A stretch of DNA of 64,000 bases from Eledone cirrhosa (taxonomy: Eukaryota): assembly GCA_964016885.1 (NCBI GenBank), contig OZ024745.1:96782001-96846000 (forward strand). The letters are read 5' to 3'. This document shows, one piece after another, positions 27,965-41,388 of this stretch (position 1 is the first letter of the stretch; the number at the start of each line of letters is the position of its first letter). Below the pieces are notes generated by a model. It did no database searches and was not told the origin of the DNA. It worked only from the letters and a program-made list of their open reading frames with translations. Both the position numbers and the translations under genes were made by a program.

Positions 27965-29585
27965 CCTCTCTATCTCTCACAGACACACACACACACATAT
28001 CACCTAAACAAATATTCTGTTAAAGCTTGCCAGATTATCACCTTCAACTTAAACGAGGTGAGAATAATGCTAATGATTCATCTTCAACAAATCTATCTGT
28101 CAGTATGATATAGAAATTTGAATGATCGATAGTATTTAGGAAGAACATTCATTCAATCAGTCATCCATATTTAGAAAAATTCTATCACAAATCTACCATC
28201 GGTCAATTTCCAGTAAATTCCGTATTTCATTAGGTCATTCTCTATTATTTCTCCTTAGTTTTTTCTTGTAAATCAGAATGGAGACAATCACCTAATTTAC
28301 TAACCTTCTTAGAAATGCATATTTAATATATGTTATTAGTTGTTATAGTTATTATATTATCAAAATTAATTAATAAGATTAATTTATGGAAATAATTTTG
28401 ATAGAATCTTGAGGCATTTTATAGCATTTTCAAATTTTATAACTCAATTTCGGTCCATCAGCATTAGCATTATTGAAACTGCTCTGCTTTCACATAACTG
28501 ACTGTATTGAAATGTATTAGACATTATTAGGAAGTGATTAAAACCTAAGTTCTTGATAAAAATTCTTTATTCTAATTTGATTTCAAAAGATAACCATTTC
28601 TTATTATCAAGGGCGATTCGAATGCGATGAAAGTAGAAAATACCTATTTTACGATATTTTAAAATGGAAGGTGATTGTGGGCAGTTAAACGAGCAATATA
28701 TTTCTATCCCTTCACAGTTACAAGGGAAAATGAATAAAACCAGATTACTAGAAACCTTACAAGTTATTTAAGGTAACTCAACTCAAGTCGGTCAGCTGCA
28801 ATTCGGATAAAAAGGAAATTTTATTATGGTGATCGTGTCTCGAAAGGATCCAGGGATTACTTCATAGTTCCGGTAACCAATAGTTGTACGTTTAGAGGAA
28901 TGCTAAATAAGATCAAAAGTATAAAATGAAACTTAGTAGCTTAAAGTGACAAGTTCAGTTTATATCAGTTTGAGTTATTTACCAGCTATACATTCTGCAA
29001 CAGTCGATACATATATTATAAAATGTTGGAGGGACTATGCTACTCGTACAAATCTTGGATTACGCTAAAAATGTGCTTAAGGTTGATGTGCTTTAAGGTT
29101 GATGCACCTCGTCAGTTAGAGAAAAGCCCTACAAATTCTTCATCGAAAATACCCTAACGATCTAACATGTATAAGAAGAAAAATAATCACCATCGATTGG
29201 CACTAATCTGAGTAACACAATTGATTTTCTCGATATAGATTCTTCTTTGAAGATTACGGATTATAGTTTGTTTGTTCTAGTCTTTTCTTTGATACTATTA
29301 TTAGATCATGTTTTGCGAAAGTAAAATCGTATATATTTATTCTACTTTCATGTTTTGATGGCTTTTCTCATGATAAAGCAATATCACACGCAGAATCAAG
29401 TACAGAGTGACGGCTACATGCCTTCACTGATTGAACAATTCTGATAAATTCTGGAGCTGTTTGTTGCCGAAAATTGTCATTGGAAGGTATTTGGTTATTT
29501 CAGAATAGTAATCGGAAATTATAACAGGATTTAGCGTTCAGATTGAGGGGAGAGAAAACCTGTAGTAATAAAGGAAGAAAATAAG

Positions 29586-29641
<56 letters not shown>

Positions 29642-29932
29642 CAAAAAAAGACAGTCAGTTCTAATCCTCTTAAATGCTATTCAGAATATTCCAAAAATTG
29701 GTCAATTTTATGACATAAATGTTCTCAATATTATTCCTATGATTTTATAAGAATTATCGGGACTATTATTGAAATTAAACAATGTATTGGTCTGGTTTTG
29801 AAATCAAGTAATAAGCGATCTCTCTTAATATGATCGAATACAATATTCGATCATCTCTAGAAAAAGAGACAGCTTTGCAGATATTATATATAAATATATA
29901 CACACACACACATACACACATACACACACACG

Positions 29933-29993
<61 letters not shown>

Positions 29994-30020
29994 AATACAT
30001 ATATAGTTTTAATATAGATG

Positions 30021-30071
30021 AGATTCTACAGGACTAGAACTGTTTCATTCTTTAGAAATCATCAGGAATCT
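30021..30071 (-). ncRNA. Type I hammerhead ribozyme
   Basis: agattc-CTGATGA-tttc taaa gaat-GAAA-cag ttctagtc ctg-TA-gaatct. Confidence 0.85.
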
Positions 30072-30136
30072 TTTATACTCTGCTATGTATTGAGTACCTT
30101 ACTTACTGTCGTTACCTCCGATTCAACCCGGAATAA

Positions 30137-30199
<63 letters not shown>

Positions 30200-30255
30200 G
30201 AGATTTATCACTTCACTGCTCGCAAGTGGTTTTTCAACTTCATATCATGTCTCCC

Positions 30256-30321
30256 TATTTTATCTAATGAGAACGCAAGTATCATCCCATGATGATATTT
30301 TGAAATGCGCATAATAAAATA
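30256..30321 (+). ncRNA. Hammerhead with G5->A core mutation (probably inactive)
   Basis: tattttat-CTAATGA-gaa..tatcatc ccat gatgata tttt-GAAA-tgcgca-TA-ataaaata: 8-bp stem I, palindromic stem III. Confidence 0.7.
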
Positions 30322-30380
30322 CATGGAACTCTTTTAACCATCTTTTGATCTTATATTATATACATATATATATATGTATG

Positions 30381-30470
<90 letters not shown>

Positions 30471-30473
<3 letters not shown>

Positions 30474-33400
30474 TCACATTCAAAGTGCCCATTTTGATGG
30501 CTCTTCTGCAGGACAAAACTGCATTCTTTATATTTGTCTCAGAGACAGCTGATCCATCATCCACTGGCCCTCTCTGTGGCTCTAAGCCACCAGAGTCATA
30601 ACGACCAGGCTGCTCCTTGACAGTGTAATTAGGGGCTCTAACCCTAGTGCTGTTAGATCGACTCTCCATATTTCTTTTCAATGGCTGACAATACCTTACC
30701 GGCGCCACTCGAATAAGGTAGTTATTTAACCCATAAATGGAGCCCTAACAGGTACTACCATCCCGGGCCAGGGCAGACCTGGGAGTCATGACAACTAAGG
30801 GGTAACTCCACATTCCCCACATCTCTAGAACTCCCGAAATGGAGTCTTGCCACTGGATGTAGTTTAATGTCATACCCAGGACGCTGGAGAAGAGAGAGGA
30901 GTTGGGACATCTGTTCGAGGAGAGTGGTATACAGATACTTGCGATCCAAGAACACAGGATTCTACACGATGAGCCCGTGAGGAGTGTGATGATTGGGAAG
31001 AAGAGCCAGCTCATCACTACATCGGCAGTGAAGAACACAACAAATGCTGCAGTAGGAGGAGTGGGTTTTGTGTTCAGTGCAAAAACCAATCTGTTGGTGA
31101 GGGAAATAATGCCTATCTCCCCGCGAGTGTTGAGGGTGACCTTCAATGGAAACCCAAGACTGACAGTCATCTCAGCCTATAGTCCAACCGAGGGGGACAG
31201 CGATGTGAATGCGGAAGAGTTCCATGAGGAGGTGTGTAGAGCTGTCAACACCACTCAGGCACACAATATCCTGCTTGTTTTGGGGGACTTCAATGCACAT
31301 CTGAGTAAGGAGGGCAGTGAAGATCCTTGCTGGTACTTCCATAACAACACCAACCGAAATGGAAGACTACTGAGAGACACCCTGCTGGAGGCGAACTTGA
31401 TGGCGACCAACCTAAGGTTTAGGAAGAATCTGGGGAAGATGTGGACCTACATCTCAGATATGCACCTGTCCAAGTCCCAGATTGATTTCATTCTGGTGAG
31501 GAAAATGTGGCGGAATAGTGTTCTGAACACGGAACCATACAGCTATTTCAGTACACTGGGTAGTGACCACCGGCTTGTTATGAGTGAGGTCCGCGTGAGC
31601 TTAAGAAAGAGCAAGGCTCAGCCCCGGAGAACAATCTATGACTGGGGAGCTTTCAAGGAAGATGATAAGCTACAGGAGAGGTTCACAGTGGAAGTGAGAA
31701 ACAGGTTTAGTGCTCTGTGTGGAGAGTCAGAGGAGAGAGAGATTGGATGGACTGAGGAGAGTGTGACGAGGAGGTACGGGCACTTCGCCAATGCAGTGGC
31801 GGAAGCAAGTGAAACCCTGGTGCCGAGGAAAAAGAATAAAGGGAAGCACGTCAGCTCTGCAAACCCCAAAGTGTGTGCAGCCAGAGAACACCTGAAAGCT
31901 GCCAGGGACCAATTCTATGCTGATCCTACGGAGGAGAGGATGGAGACTGTGGAGGTGATGAGGGAAGAGCTCTGTACCACTTACACTGAGGTCAGAGAGG
32001 AGGCACTGATAGAGAAGATCAGAAGTGTGGAGAGAGCGGTGGACAGATCTGGGTGTAAGGAGAGCTGGATGATCATCAACGAGATCACAGGGAGAAAGAG
32101 GTGTTCGAGTCAGATCCAGGGAACGGGGCCCAAGGATAGGAAGAGGAAATGACTAGACCATTTTAGGACCCTACTAGGAGAGCCACCCTCCACAGCCCAG
32201 AGCACTGGGGAGATCAGGCGGCTGTTTGAGGAACTGGATGTTGAGACAGAGCCCTTCACCAGAGAGGAGCTTCAGAGAGCCAAGAAGAGGATCAAGGAGG
32301 GCAAGGCTCATGGAGAAGATGGAGTGGCATCAGAGGTGATGAAGAGGTGTGATTTTGATGATATCATCCTGGGGGTCTGTAACGGGGCACTGGAGAAGGG
32401 AGTTGCCCCGAATCAGTGGAGGATCAGTAACATTGTCCCAGTGCCAAAGAAGGGAGATCTCTCTGACACCAACAACTACCGGGGGATCTCACTGACGTCA
32501 CTTGTGGCAAAGACCCACAACAGGATGATTCTTAACAGGATCCAGGGACAACCAGAACGGCTTCAGAGAGGGTAGATCAACCACCAGTCACATCCTGATG
32601 CTGAGGAGGATATTAGAGGGAGCTAGAGCAAAGTGCCTTCCTGCGGTCATGGTTTTCATTGACTTTAGGAAGGCCTTTGATTCTGTGGACCGTTACTGCC
32701 TGATGAAGATCTTACAGGCTTATGGAATCCCCAAGAGGATAGTGGACCTGATATCACTGCTCTACACCAACACCAAAGCCCAAGTCATTACACCTGATGG
32801 GATGACAGAGTTCTTTGAGATACTGGCTGGAGTGCTCCAGGGAGATACATTGGCTCCCTACCTTTTTATCATCGTAGTGGACTATTGTATGCGCCTTGCA
32901 CTGGAGAAACACCAGGACTCTGGCTTTACTATAGCACCGGCTCAGAGCAGGAGAGTTAGGGCGAAAAAGGTATCGGATGCTGAGTTTGCCGACGACATAG
33001 TTTTGGTGACAAATACAGTGAAGGAGGCAGAGGATTTGATGCGGGAGGTTGAGACTGTGTCGATGAGTGTGGGGCTGAGAATGAATGAGACTAAAACAAA
33101 ATATCTGGTAGAGAATGTTGAGAGGCCAGAGGGGATCACTAATGTAGGCGGGAAGCCGCTGGAATTGGTTGAGGACTTCCTGTATTTTGGAGCAAAGATT
33201 GGGAATACGGAAGATGATGTGGTTGAGAGGAAGAGCAAGGCCTGGGCGGCGTGCCACAGCTTGAGATCGGTGTGGAAGTCGGACCTTCGTAGAGACCTGA
33301 AAATCCGCCTCTTCATTGCTGTAGTGGAGTCTGTGCTGCTGTATGGGTCTGAGACTTGGACACTGACCAAGAAACTCACTCAGATGGTGGATAGGTGCTA

Positions 33401-33741
33401 CACGAGAATGCTGAGGATGGCTCTGAACATTAATCAGTATACACTGAGGATGAAAAACTCAGAGCTGTATGGGAGCATCCCAAAAGTCAGCTCAAAAGTG
33501 ACACAGAGGAGACTGAGGTTAGCTGGACATGCTCACCGACATCCAGAGTTGACATTGCACTCAGTACTCCTTTGGGAGCCCCTACATGGACACACTAGAA
33601 GAGGAAGACCAAGGTTAACGTATGTTGATGCCCTAAGGACAGACACTGGTCTGTTGGAAATGCAGGACATGGCAGCGATAATGAGGGACAGAGACCGCTG
33701 GAGAGAACTCGTCCATGGATCTCGGGAATTTTACCCGCCTT

Positions 33742-33743
<2 letters not shown>
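30471..33743 (+). mobile_element. RTE-type LINE (APE + RT), apparently complete, with inverted 5' segment 30471-30881
   Basis: APE motifs IQEHR, SAYSPT, LGDFNA, QIDF, GSDHR; RT motifs NNYRGISL, FIDFRKAFDSV, GVLQGDTLAP, FADD, LLYGSETW. Stop at 32150 and a frameshift near 32550. The N-terminal MGTLNVR lies on the minus strand. Confidence 0.92.
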
Positions 33744-33838
<95 letters not shown>

Positions 33839-34047
33839 TATGTATACGTACATACATATATGTATAAAGACGTACAGTAGTATGCATATATATATATACA
33901 TACATGCACACATATATATATATATGTACGTATGGATTCACCGAACATTTATTATAATGATCGGTGTGTTTGTAAACAAACATCCCGAATTAAGCCGTAC
34001 AGTGTCTACCAGCCATCGTTGCTCATTTGTTCAACACTGACAAAGGA

Positions 34048-34090
34048 ACGTTGTACTAGTTTCAAGCTTATTAGTTATCGTCAGCAATGT
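34048..34090 (-). ncRNA. Type I hammerhead ribozyme
   Basis: acattg-CTGACGA-taact aata agctt-GAAA-ctag-TA-caacgt. Confidence 0.78.
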
Positions 34091-34479
34091 ATACCTTCCT
34101 GACAGATGACTGAACGTCTGAAAGTATATACTTTCCTTATGCATATTAACGGTGAGCAGCCTAATTTGCATATCGAGTGAGTTAATCGGCCGGGCGCACC
34201 GAAAACGATAAACGGGAAAAAATGAAACAAAATTTCATTTCTCACTCTTAGTACGGTTGTTACTTAAATATAAGTATATATACGTACATACATATATGTA
34301 TACAGACGTACAGTATTATGAATATATATATACATACATGCACACATATATATATATGTACATATGGATTCACCGAACATTTATTATAATGCTCGGTGTA
34401 TTTGTAAACAAACATCCCGAATTAAGCCGCACAGTGTCTAGCAACCATCGTTACTCATTTGTTCAACACTGACAAAGGA

Positions 34480-34522
34480 ACGCTGTACTAGTTTCAAGCT
34501 TATTAGCTATCGTCAACAACGT
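34480..34522 (-). ncRNA. Type I hammerhead ribozyme (C3->T)
   Basis: acgttg-TTGACGA-tagct aata agctt-GAAA-ctag-TA-cagcgt. Confidence 0.72.
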
Positions 34523-34622
34523 ATACCTTCCTGCCAGATGACTGAACGTCTGAAAGTATATACTTTCCTTATGCATATTAACGGCTGAGCAGCCCAATTT
34601 GCATATCGAGTGAGTTAATCGG

Positions 34623-34687
<65 letters not shown>

Positions 34688-34910
34688 TGTCGGGGTCTTA
34701 CTGGTTCCTATTACCCACTCTACTACCTCAAGTATTGAGTACTTTGGTGCGTTATGGTCCACCTGGTTCCTTACCACATTTCCTTCGTTATATATATATA
34801 TATATAAGTATTGAAATTTCAGTTAGGAACAGAAAAGGTCATAGAAATGAAGAGTGCTCTATATCAGTATCAGAGCAAAATTTAATGTATAAAATCAATA
34901 CAATATTATT

Positions 34911-34982
34911 ACCTCATTACCAGAGGTTTCCCGAATGAGGCGAATACGAAATAAACGACTTCATTCGTTCGTCAGACGAGGC
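34911..34982 (-). ncRNA. Type I hammerhead ribozyme
   Basis: Reverse complement of 39228-39299. Confidence 0.82.
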
Positions 34983-35882
34983 AATATAAAACATGGGCAA
35001 ATACTTAGAAAAACACATCAAGAAAATCAAAAAAATATATAGATAAGTGAAATAGAAATTGAAATATATAAAAATCTATCAAGAAAAATAGTTAGGTGTG
35101 TGTATGTGTATGTATATACGCTCATAGATGTGCATATATGTATATGTACACGTGTAAATGTATGGTTAGAAAGTGTGCGTAATTATAAAAATTTAGGGCA
35201 AATGTATCTATATGTCTGTATTATGCAGACGGAAATGGTTACTTCGTAAAAATAAGAAAATAAAGTCGCGCGCATAAAAACGCCTGGACACTCGTACATT
35301 TAGATACGGAAAGTAAGGAGATGAAGAGAGTATAATAAATAAAAGAAAAGTATCTATTACGATATATTTATAAAAATATAGTAACGATAAATTAGAAAGA
35401 CAAGATAGAAAGAAAAAATTAAAGAAAACAAAAAAAGCGGGGGTACATACATATACAGACACGCGTGTCTCACAAAAGAAATGTAAAAATAATTATGCTT
35501 ATATACACACGCGCGCTTACACTTCCATACGTTCGATACGTACATACACACACACACATACTTATACTCGCGCATATAAACCTGTTTGCATGCCCATGTA
35601 TGAAACTGGGTAAGTAACAAAAGAGGGAAGGGGGGGGGGGGAGAAGAAAAAAGAAACAAAAAAATATAAAACCGAAATGTCAAAAACACGGATATAAAGA
35701 CACTTACACATAGAGCACTCTTCATTTCTATGACCTTTTCTGTTTCTAACTGAAATTTCAATACTTATAAACCTCCCAAGGGAATGATCGTAGCATATTC
35801 TACATCGTTATGAGATTGGCACCTTCCAGCCCTTTTTAAGTCGAGCACTCTCCAGTCATAGGATTTTAAACCAATACCGAAT

Positions 35883-38021
35883 ATGGACAAATACCCTTTG
35901 GACTACTCTGTAAAGAATATCCCAACACCTTCTAATACTCTCTACACGAAAATACGGATAGACAAAGTAGAGAAGGTTGTTAAAAGAATGAGATGGAAAG
36001 CTTTGATTCTCGATGGTCAATTTAACACGGATTCTACGGAACATTTTGACATCAAAACTCACAAATACCCGCAAAGAGTAAAAGATATGACCGCCTTTGA
36101 ATTAGATCTAGTTAACCTTATCAACAACATCAATTTTCGTAAGTACTCTAACCCCTTTCAATCCAAATTATCTAATGATATTTCTACTTTCAAATCTTCT
36201 AATAATAAGTTCATCTTCTTAGATAAAACTAAAAACCTATATGAAGTTAATAATAATTTACACGACCAACTATTAATAGATAATATCACCTCTAAATACC
36301 AAATAACTAATATAAATACGTACCATAATATAAATAAGGAAGCTAAAGAATTAGCTTTTTCTTTAAAAATAGATAATAGGACAGAAAAACTTGCTAAACG
36401 TTCTGCGTATATCACCCTTAAAGATCATAAACCCGACTTTATTAATCGCCCTAGTTGTAGATTAATCAACCCTGCTAAGACTGATATTGGTCTTGCCAGT
36501 AAAAAAATTTTAAATAAATTAAATACACACATTAGAAGTAAGTCTAAATTACTCCAATGGATAAATACCTCTTCCGTAGTACATTGGTTTAATAATATTA
36601 AAAACAAAATCAGTTCTAGATTCACCCAATTCGATATCGTAGATTTCTACCCATCTATTACTCAGACCCTTTTAGTGAAAGCTTTAAATTTCGCTAGAGG
36701 GTTCACTAATATCTCCGATATTGAAGAGGACGTAATCTTGCATGCTAGGAACACTCTACTTTTTAATGATAATGACACTTGGGTAAAAATATCTAACCCA
36801 GAGAACCCATTCGATGTCTCAATGGGCTCTTATGACAGTGCCGAGGTTTGTGATCTGGTCGGCCTATTCCTCTTACATACACTTAAAGAAAAATTTCCTA
36901 ACCATATTTTTGGGCTTTATCGCGATGATGGTCTAATACTTTCCCATACCACCATAGGCCATAACTTAGATAGATTAAGGAAAGACTTAATAAAAACCTT
37001 TGCTAGTTTTAATCTTAAAATTACTATTGATACTAACCTTTCCAACGTAGATTTCCTAGATATTAACTTAGATTTGCCTACTGCTTCTTATAAACCATAC
37101 CATAAACCTAATGAAAACTTAAAATATATAAATAAAGGATCTTGCCATCCACCTATAGTTTTTAAAAACCTTATCCCTAATATTAGGCGTAGGATCTCCA
37201 CCCTCTCTTCATCAGAAGCTATTTTCAATAAGGCATCCCCCTACTATAATAAAGCCCTCCAAAATAGCGGCTTTAGCGAACCGATTAAATACATACCTAA
37301 CTACACTAACTCTATTAAACATAAAAATAGGAAAAGAAAAATAATCTGGTTCACACCCCCCTACTCTCTAGCAGTTAAAACTAATGTAGGCAAAAAATTC
37401 CTAGAACTCCTAGATAAACATTTCCCTAGAACGCATAGATACTATAAGATCTTTAACAGAAACTGTGTTAAAATTAGCTATTCCTGCGGTCCCCCTATTA
37501 AGTCCTATATCCTCAACAAAACATCACCTAGAGAAAATCAAACTTGCTCCTGTAGAATCAAAAGTGAATGCCCATTACAAGGTAAATGCAACACCAAAGC
37601 CATTGTATATGCGGCTAATGTGACAACTATCAGCAACAACCATCCAGTCACCAGTGAACGATATGTGGGTATGACGCAAGACAAATTCAAAACGCGTTAT
37701 TACTCACATGTCGCATCCTTTCGACATCCAGAAAAAAGATTTACAACAGCTCTGGCTAGCAGAATCTGGGATTTGAAAGACCAAGGCATCCAATATAAAC
37801 TAGATTGGTCAATTTTGAACCAATCTAAAAAATATGCTAGAGGAACAAGAAAATGCACGCTCTGCATAAATGAAAAATGTTGGATATTGCAAAATCTCAA
37901 ATCACCAAAGACCTGCCTGAACACAAAGACGGAAATTTTTACCAGTTGTCCACACATGAAATCACACCTGCTTTCCAGCTCATATAAACTTAACACACTT
38001 TCAGACACTTATCCTCCATAA
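35883..38021 (+). CDS. Intact PLE protein: reverse transcriptase + C-terminal GIY-YIG endonuclease (712 aa)
   Basis: ATG start; YSVKNIP, KRMRWKA, LDKTKNLY, LKDHK, CRLINP, FDIVDFYPSI, MGSYDSAEVC, GLYRDDGL, CSCR..CPLQGKC, IVY..YVGMT, CTLCINEK, SCPH. Confidence 0.95.
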   Translation: MDKYPLDYSVKNIPTPSNTLYTKIRIDKVEKVVKRMRWKALILDGQFNTDSTEHFDIKTHKYPQRVKDMTAFELDLVNLINNINFRKYSNPFQSKLSNDISTFKSSNNKFIFLDKTKNLYEVNNNLHDQLLIDNITSKYQITNINTYHNINKEAKELAFSLKIDNRTEKLAKRSAYITLKDHKPDFINRPSCRLINPAKTDIGLASKKILNKLNTHIRSKSKLLQWINTSSVVHWFNNIKNKISSRFTQFDIVDFYPSITQTLLVKALNFARGFTNISDIEEDVILHARNTLLFNDNDTWVKISNPENPFDVSMGSYDSAEVCDLVGLFLLHTLKEKFPNHIFGLYRDDGLILSHTTIGHNLDRLRKDLIKTFASFNLKITIDTNLSNVDFLDINLDLPTASYKPYHKPNENLKYINKGSCHPPIVFKNLIPNIRRRISTLSSSEAIFNKASPYYNKALQNSGFSEPIKYIPNYTNSIKHKNRKRKIIWFTPPYSLAVKTNVGKKFLELLDKHFPRTHRYYKIFNRNCVKISYSCGPPIKSYILNKTSPRENQTCSCRIKSECPLQGKCNTKAIVYAANVTTISNNHPVTSERYVGMTQDKFKTRYYSHVASFRHPEKRFTTALASRIWDLKDQGIQYKLDWSILNQSKKYARGTRKCTLCINEKCWILQNLKSPKTCLNTKTEIFTSCPHMKSHLLSSSYKLNTLSDTYPP

Positions 38022-39227
38022 ACTCTGATTATTCTCTTTTTAATTACCCTTTCTGACTTACTTTCATTCTTATCCTTGTCGATAATTTCATTTATTTTCA
38101 CTTTTATTTTTTTATTTTTTTATTTTTACTTCACCCCCCCCCCCCTTTATTCTCCGATCAACTTCCTATTTTCTATTTTTTACTTCCCCTTCTTTTACTT
38201 CCCTTTTTCCTCTACTAACTGATTACACTTGTCTTTTGTGTTTTTCAATCCAGATATATTTTTCATTTTTATTTTTATTTTATTTTTGCGCAGCCTATCT
38301 TACAATTTTATATTTGTATTTATTTATCCACATTTCAATATGGCTGAACGCCTTAATGTGTGTATACTTTTTTTATATATATACATGAGTGACTACGTAT
38401 GTGCGCGCGCGTGCGTGCATGTATGTGTATATATATATATATATATATGTACGTGTATGTACTGGTGTTTGTGTGTGTGCGCGTGTGTATATTTTGCGTA
38501 TGTGTAAGTGTCTTTATATCCGTGTTTTTGATATTTCGGTTTTATATTTTTTTGTTTCTTTTTTCTTCTCCTCCCCCCCCTTCCCTCATTTGTTACTTAC
38601 CCAGTTTCATACATGGGCATGCAGACAGGTTTATATGCGCGAGTATAAGTATGTGTGTGTGTGTATGTACGTATCGAACGTATGGAAGTGTAAGCGCGCG
38701 TGTGTATATAAGCATAATTATTTTTACATTTCTTTTGTGAGACACGCGTGTCTGTGTATGTATGTACCCCCGCTTTTTTTGTTTTCTTTAATTTTTTCTT
38801 TCTATCTTGTCTTTCTAATTTATCGTTACTATATTTTTATAAATATATCGTAATAGATACTTTTCTTTTATTTATTATACTCTCTTCATCTCCTTACTTT
38901 CCGTATCTAAATGTACGAGTGTCCAGGCGTTTTTATGCGCGCGACTTTATTTTCTTATTTTTACGAAGTAACCATTTCCGTCTGCATAATACAGACATAT
39001 AGATACATTTGCCCTAAATTTTTATAATTACGCACACTTTCTAACCATACATTTACACGTGCACATATACATATATGCACATCTATGAGCGTATATACAT
39101 ACACATACACACACCTAACTATTTTTCTTGATAGATTTTTATATATTTCAATTTCTATTTCATTTATCTATATATTTTTTTGATTTTCTTGATGTGTTTT
39201 TCTAAGTATTTGCCCATGTTTTATATT

Positions 39228-39299
39228 GCCTCGTCTGACGAACGAATGAAGTCGTTTATTTCGTATTCGCCTCATTCGGGAAACCTCTGGTAATGAGGT
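39228..39299 (+). ncRNA. Type I hammerhead ribozyme at PLE 3' end
   Basis: gcctcgt-CTGACGA-a cgaatga...tcattcg g-GAAA-cc tct gg-TA-atgaggt. Confidence 0.82.
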
Positions 39300-39323
39300 A
39301 ATAATATTGTATTGATTTTATAC

Positions 39324-39487
<164 letters not shown>

Positions 39488-39494
39488 CATATAT

Positions 39495-39910
39495 ATATAT
39501 GAATGTATATATAGTGTATTTTGCAATACACTGTATGCTTAATTAAAAGCATTTCGAAGACATTAGGCTATTGTTTTAGAGTAGTGACAGACTCACTTAC
39601 TTTAATTTTCAGCAAACAGGGGAGATAAAGGTGACCGGCAACCGCTCTGTATAATCAGTTCTATAAGAACCAAACATCCATGATATCAACAAACAGGAGG
39701 AGTAGTTGGCTTTGATATGCATCAATAAATGCGAAACAAGACCTTGTCAGCTTTATCTTCCCTGTTTGCTGAAAATTAAAGTAAGTATGTCACTACTCTA
39801 AAACAATAGCATAAGGTCTTCGAAATGCTTTTAATTAAGCATACAGTGTATTGCAAAATACACTATATATACATTCATATATATATAGCTATTTCAGAGC
39901 ACCTATTCTA

Positions 39911-39912
<2 letters not shown>
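39495..39912. mobile_element. Fold-back copy of the ~316-nt HHR family (arms ~39495-39635 / 39746-39883)
   Basis: Inverted arms; homologous to the tandem at 60961-61378. Confidence 0.82.
39708..39752 (+). ncRNA. Hammerhead with variant core
   Basis: ggct-TTGATAT-gcat caataa atgc-GAAA-caa gacc ttg-TC-agct. Stems covary with 61218-61265. Confidence 0.7.
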
Positions 39913-39964
<52 letters not shown>

Positions 39965-40006
39965 GATATTAAATAAATGGAAACTATATTTATAAAACCA
40001 TATTTA

Positions 40007-40068
40007 TTTCATTATATATATTTCAGGGATATCATATTAACAATATGCTATGCCTTCCTCAGACAAAA
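40007..40068 (-). ncRNA. Type I hammerhead at the 3' end of the 41-42 kb PLE fragment
   Basis: ttttgt-CTGAGGA-aggcatagcatatt gtt aatatgatatccct-GAAA-tatata-TA-atgaaa. Confidence 0.75.
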
Positions 40069-41388
40069 TACAATATAGACAGTTTTATAGATAAATATAT
40101 TTGACATACCGTTCAACATCGACTGGTATTTGAAAAGTTGATTTGGCAGTGAAAAATTGTAAACAGAAAGAAAGAAAGAGAGAAAGAAGGAAAGAAAGAA
40201 AAGAAAGAAAGAAAGCGAAGAAAAAGAAGAAAAAGAAGAAATGCATGTAACAAAATAGAGAGATGGAAAGATAGATAAAGAGAAGAACTTCATGTAAAGA
40301 AACAGAGAGAGATATATATAGAGAGGAAATAGATAGAGATAGATATATATAGAGAAAAGTGGGTAGTTGGACATCCGTTGAATAAACGTATCAATGATAC
40401 ATTTATTTATTTATTTATTTATTTAGCTCTAGTATTAATGTAAGGGAGATATATGTGGTTAGGAGAGAAACCAGCTGTTATATAGAGAGAAAAATGAAAA
40501 GTAACCAGACATAGGCGAGGCATAAAAACCCTATGTTTTAATGTAGAAGTATTAGTATGTATAAAAACCAGGCACTATAATGTAAATATCAGTATTCCTG
40601 AATGAGACACGTATCCATAATGTGTGAAAAGTAATGATCTTATGTTTAGTTTTAAAAATTCATATGTTTATATGATAACTACAAACATCGATGTGAATTT
40701 ACGTGAACAACTCTGCAAACCCCAATTTCACACGGAGAACATTCTCATTGTGCTATAAAAATTTAAGTATACATATATGTGTATATATATACACATATAT
40801 ATAGAGTCTATATTAATTTTAACAATACTATTCTTGTCTTTACTCTACATGATTATCTATCAAGCAGAAATAGAGAACAGATTTCAATATATTAATAAAA
40901 AATATCAGAAACAAAAACAAAAAAATAATAACAATAATAATAATAAATAATAATAAAATAGAAAACTAAAAAATATTACGAAAAAATATTACATATTAAA
41001 AATAAAAATATTAGAAAATACTACAATAATAAAAATAAACCACAAAGATCAACCCTTCAAAATTAATTGACAATATATTGCCAAGTTCATTATAAGCATC
41101 AGAGTCGAAAACAGATAAAGCTAAAAATTATTTATCAAATCGCGTCTAGCAAAAATCATTTCAAAAAGTTTAGGATGCCCATTTGGTCTACATGTGTTCT
41201 TATATTTAATATAGAAGTTTATCTAGTGTAACGTTTATTCGAAATATTTGGAGCATCAACTTTTAGGGTAGTTTAATTTTTCATGAAGAATGTTTAAATA
41301 AAAATAAAAATAAAAAGAAGAATAAAAAGAAGAAATCGAAAGATTTATCGGCTAGTTTCCCAAATAATTATAAATCAAACTAAATATA

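Larger units (their letters stand above)
33836..34624 (-). mobile_element. Retrozyme-like tandem, ~1.8 units of ~434 bp
   Basis: Direct repeats starting at 33836 and 34272, one HHR per unit, no coding capacity, (TA)n flanks. Confidence 0.85.
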
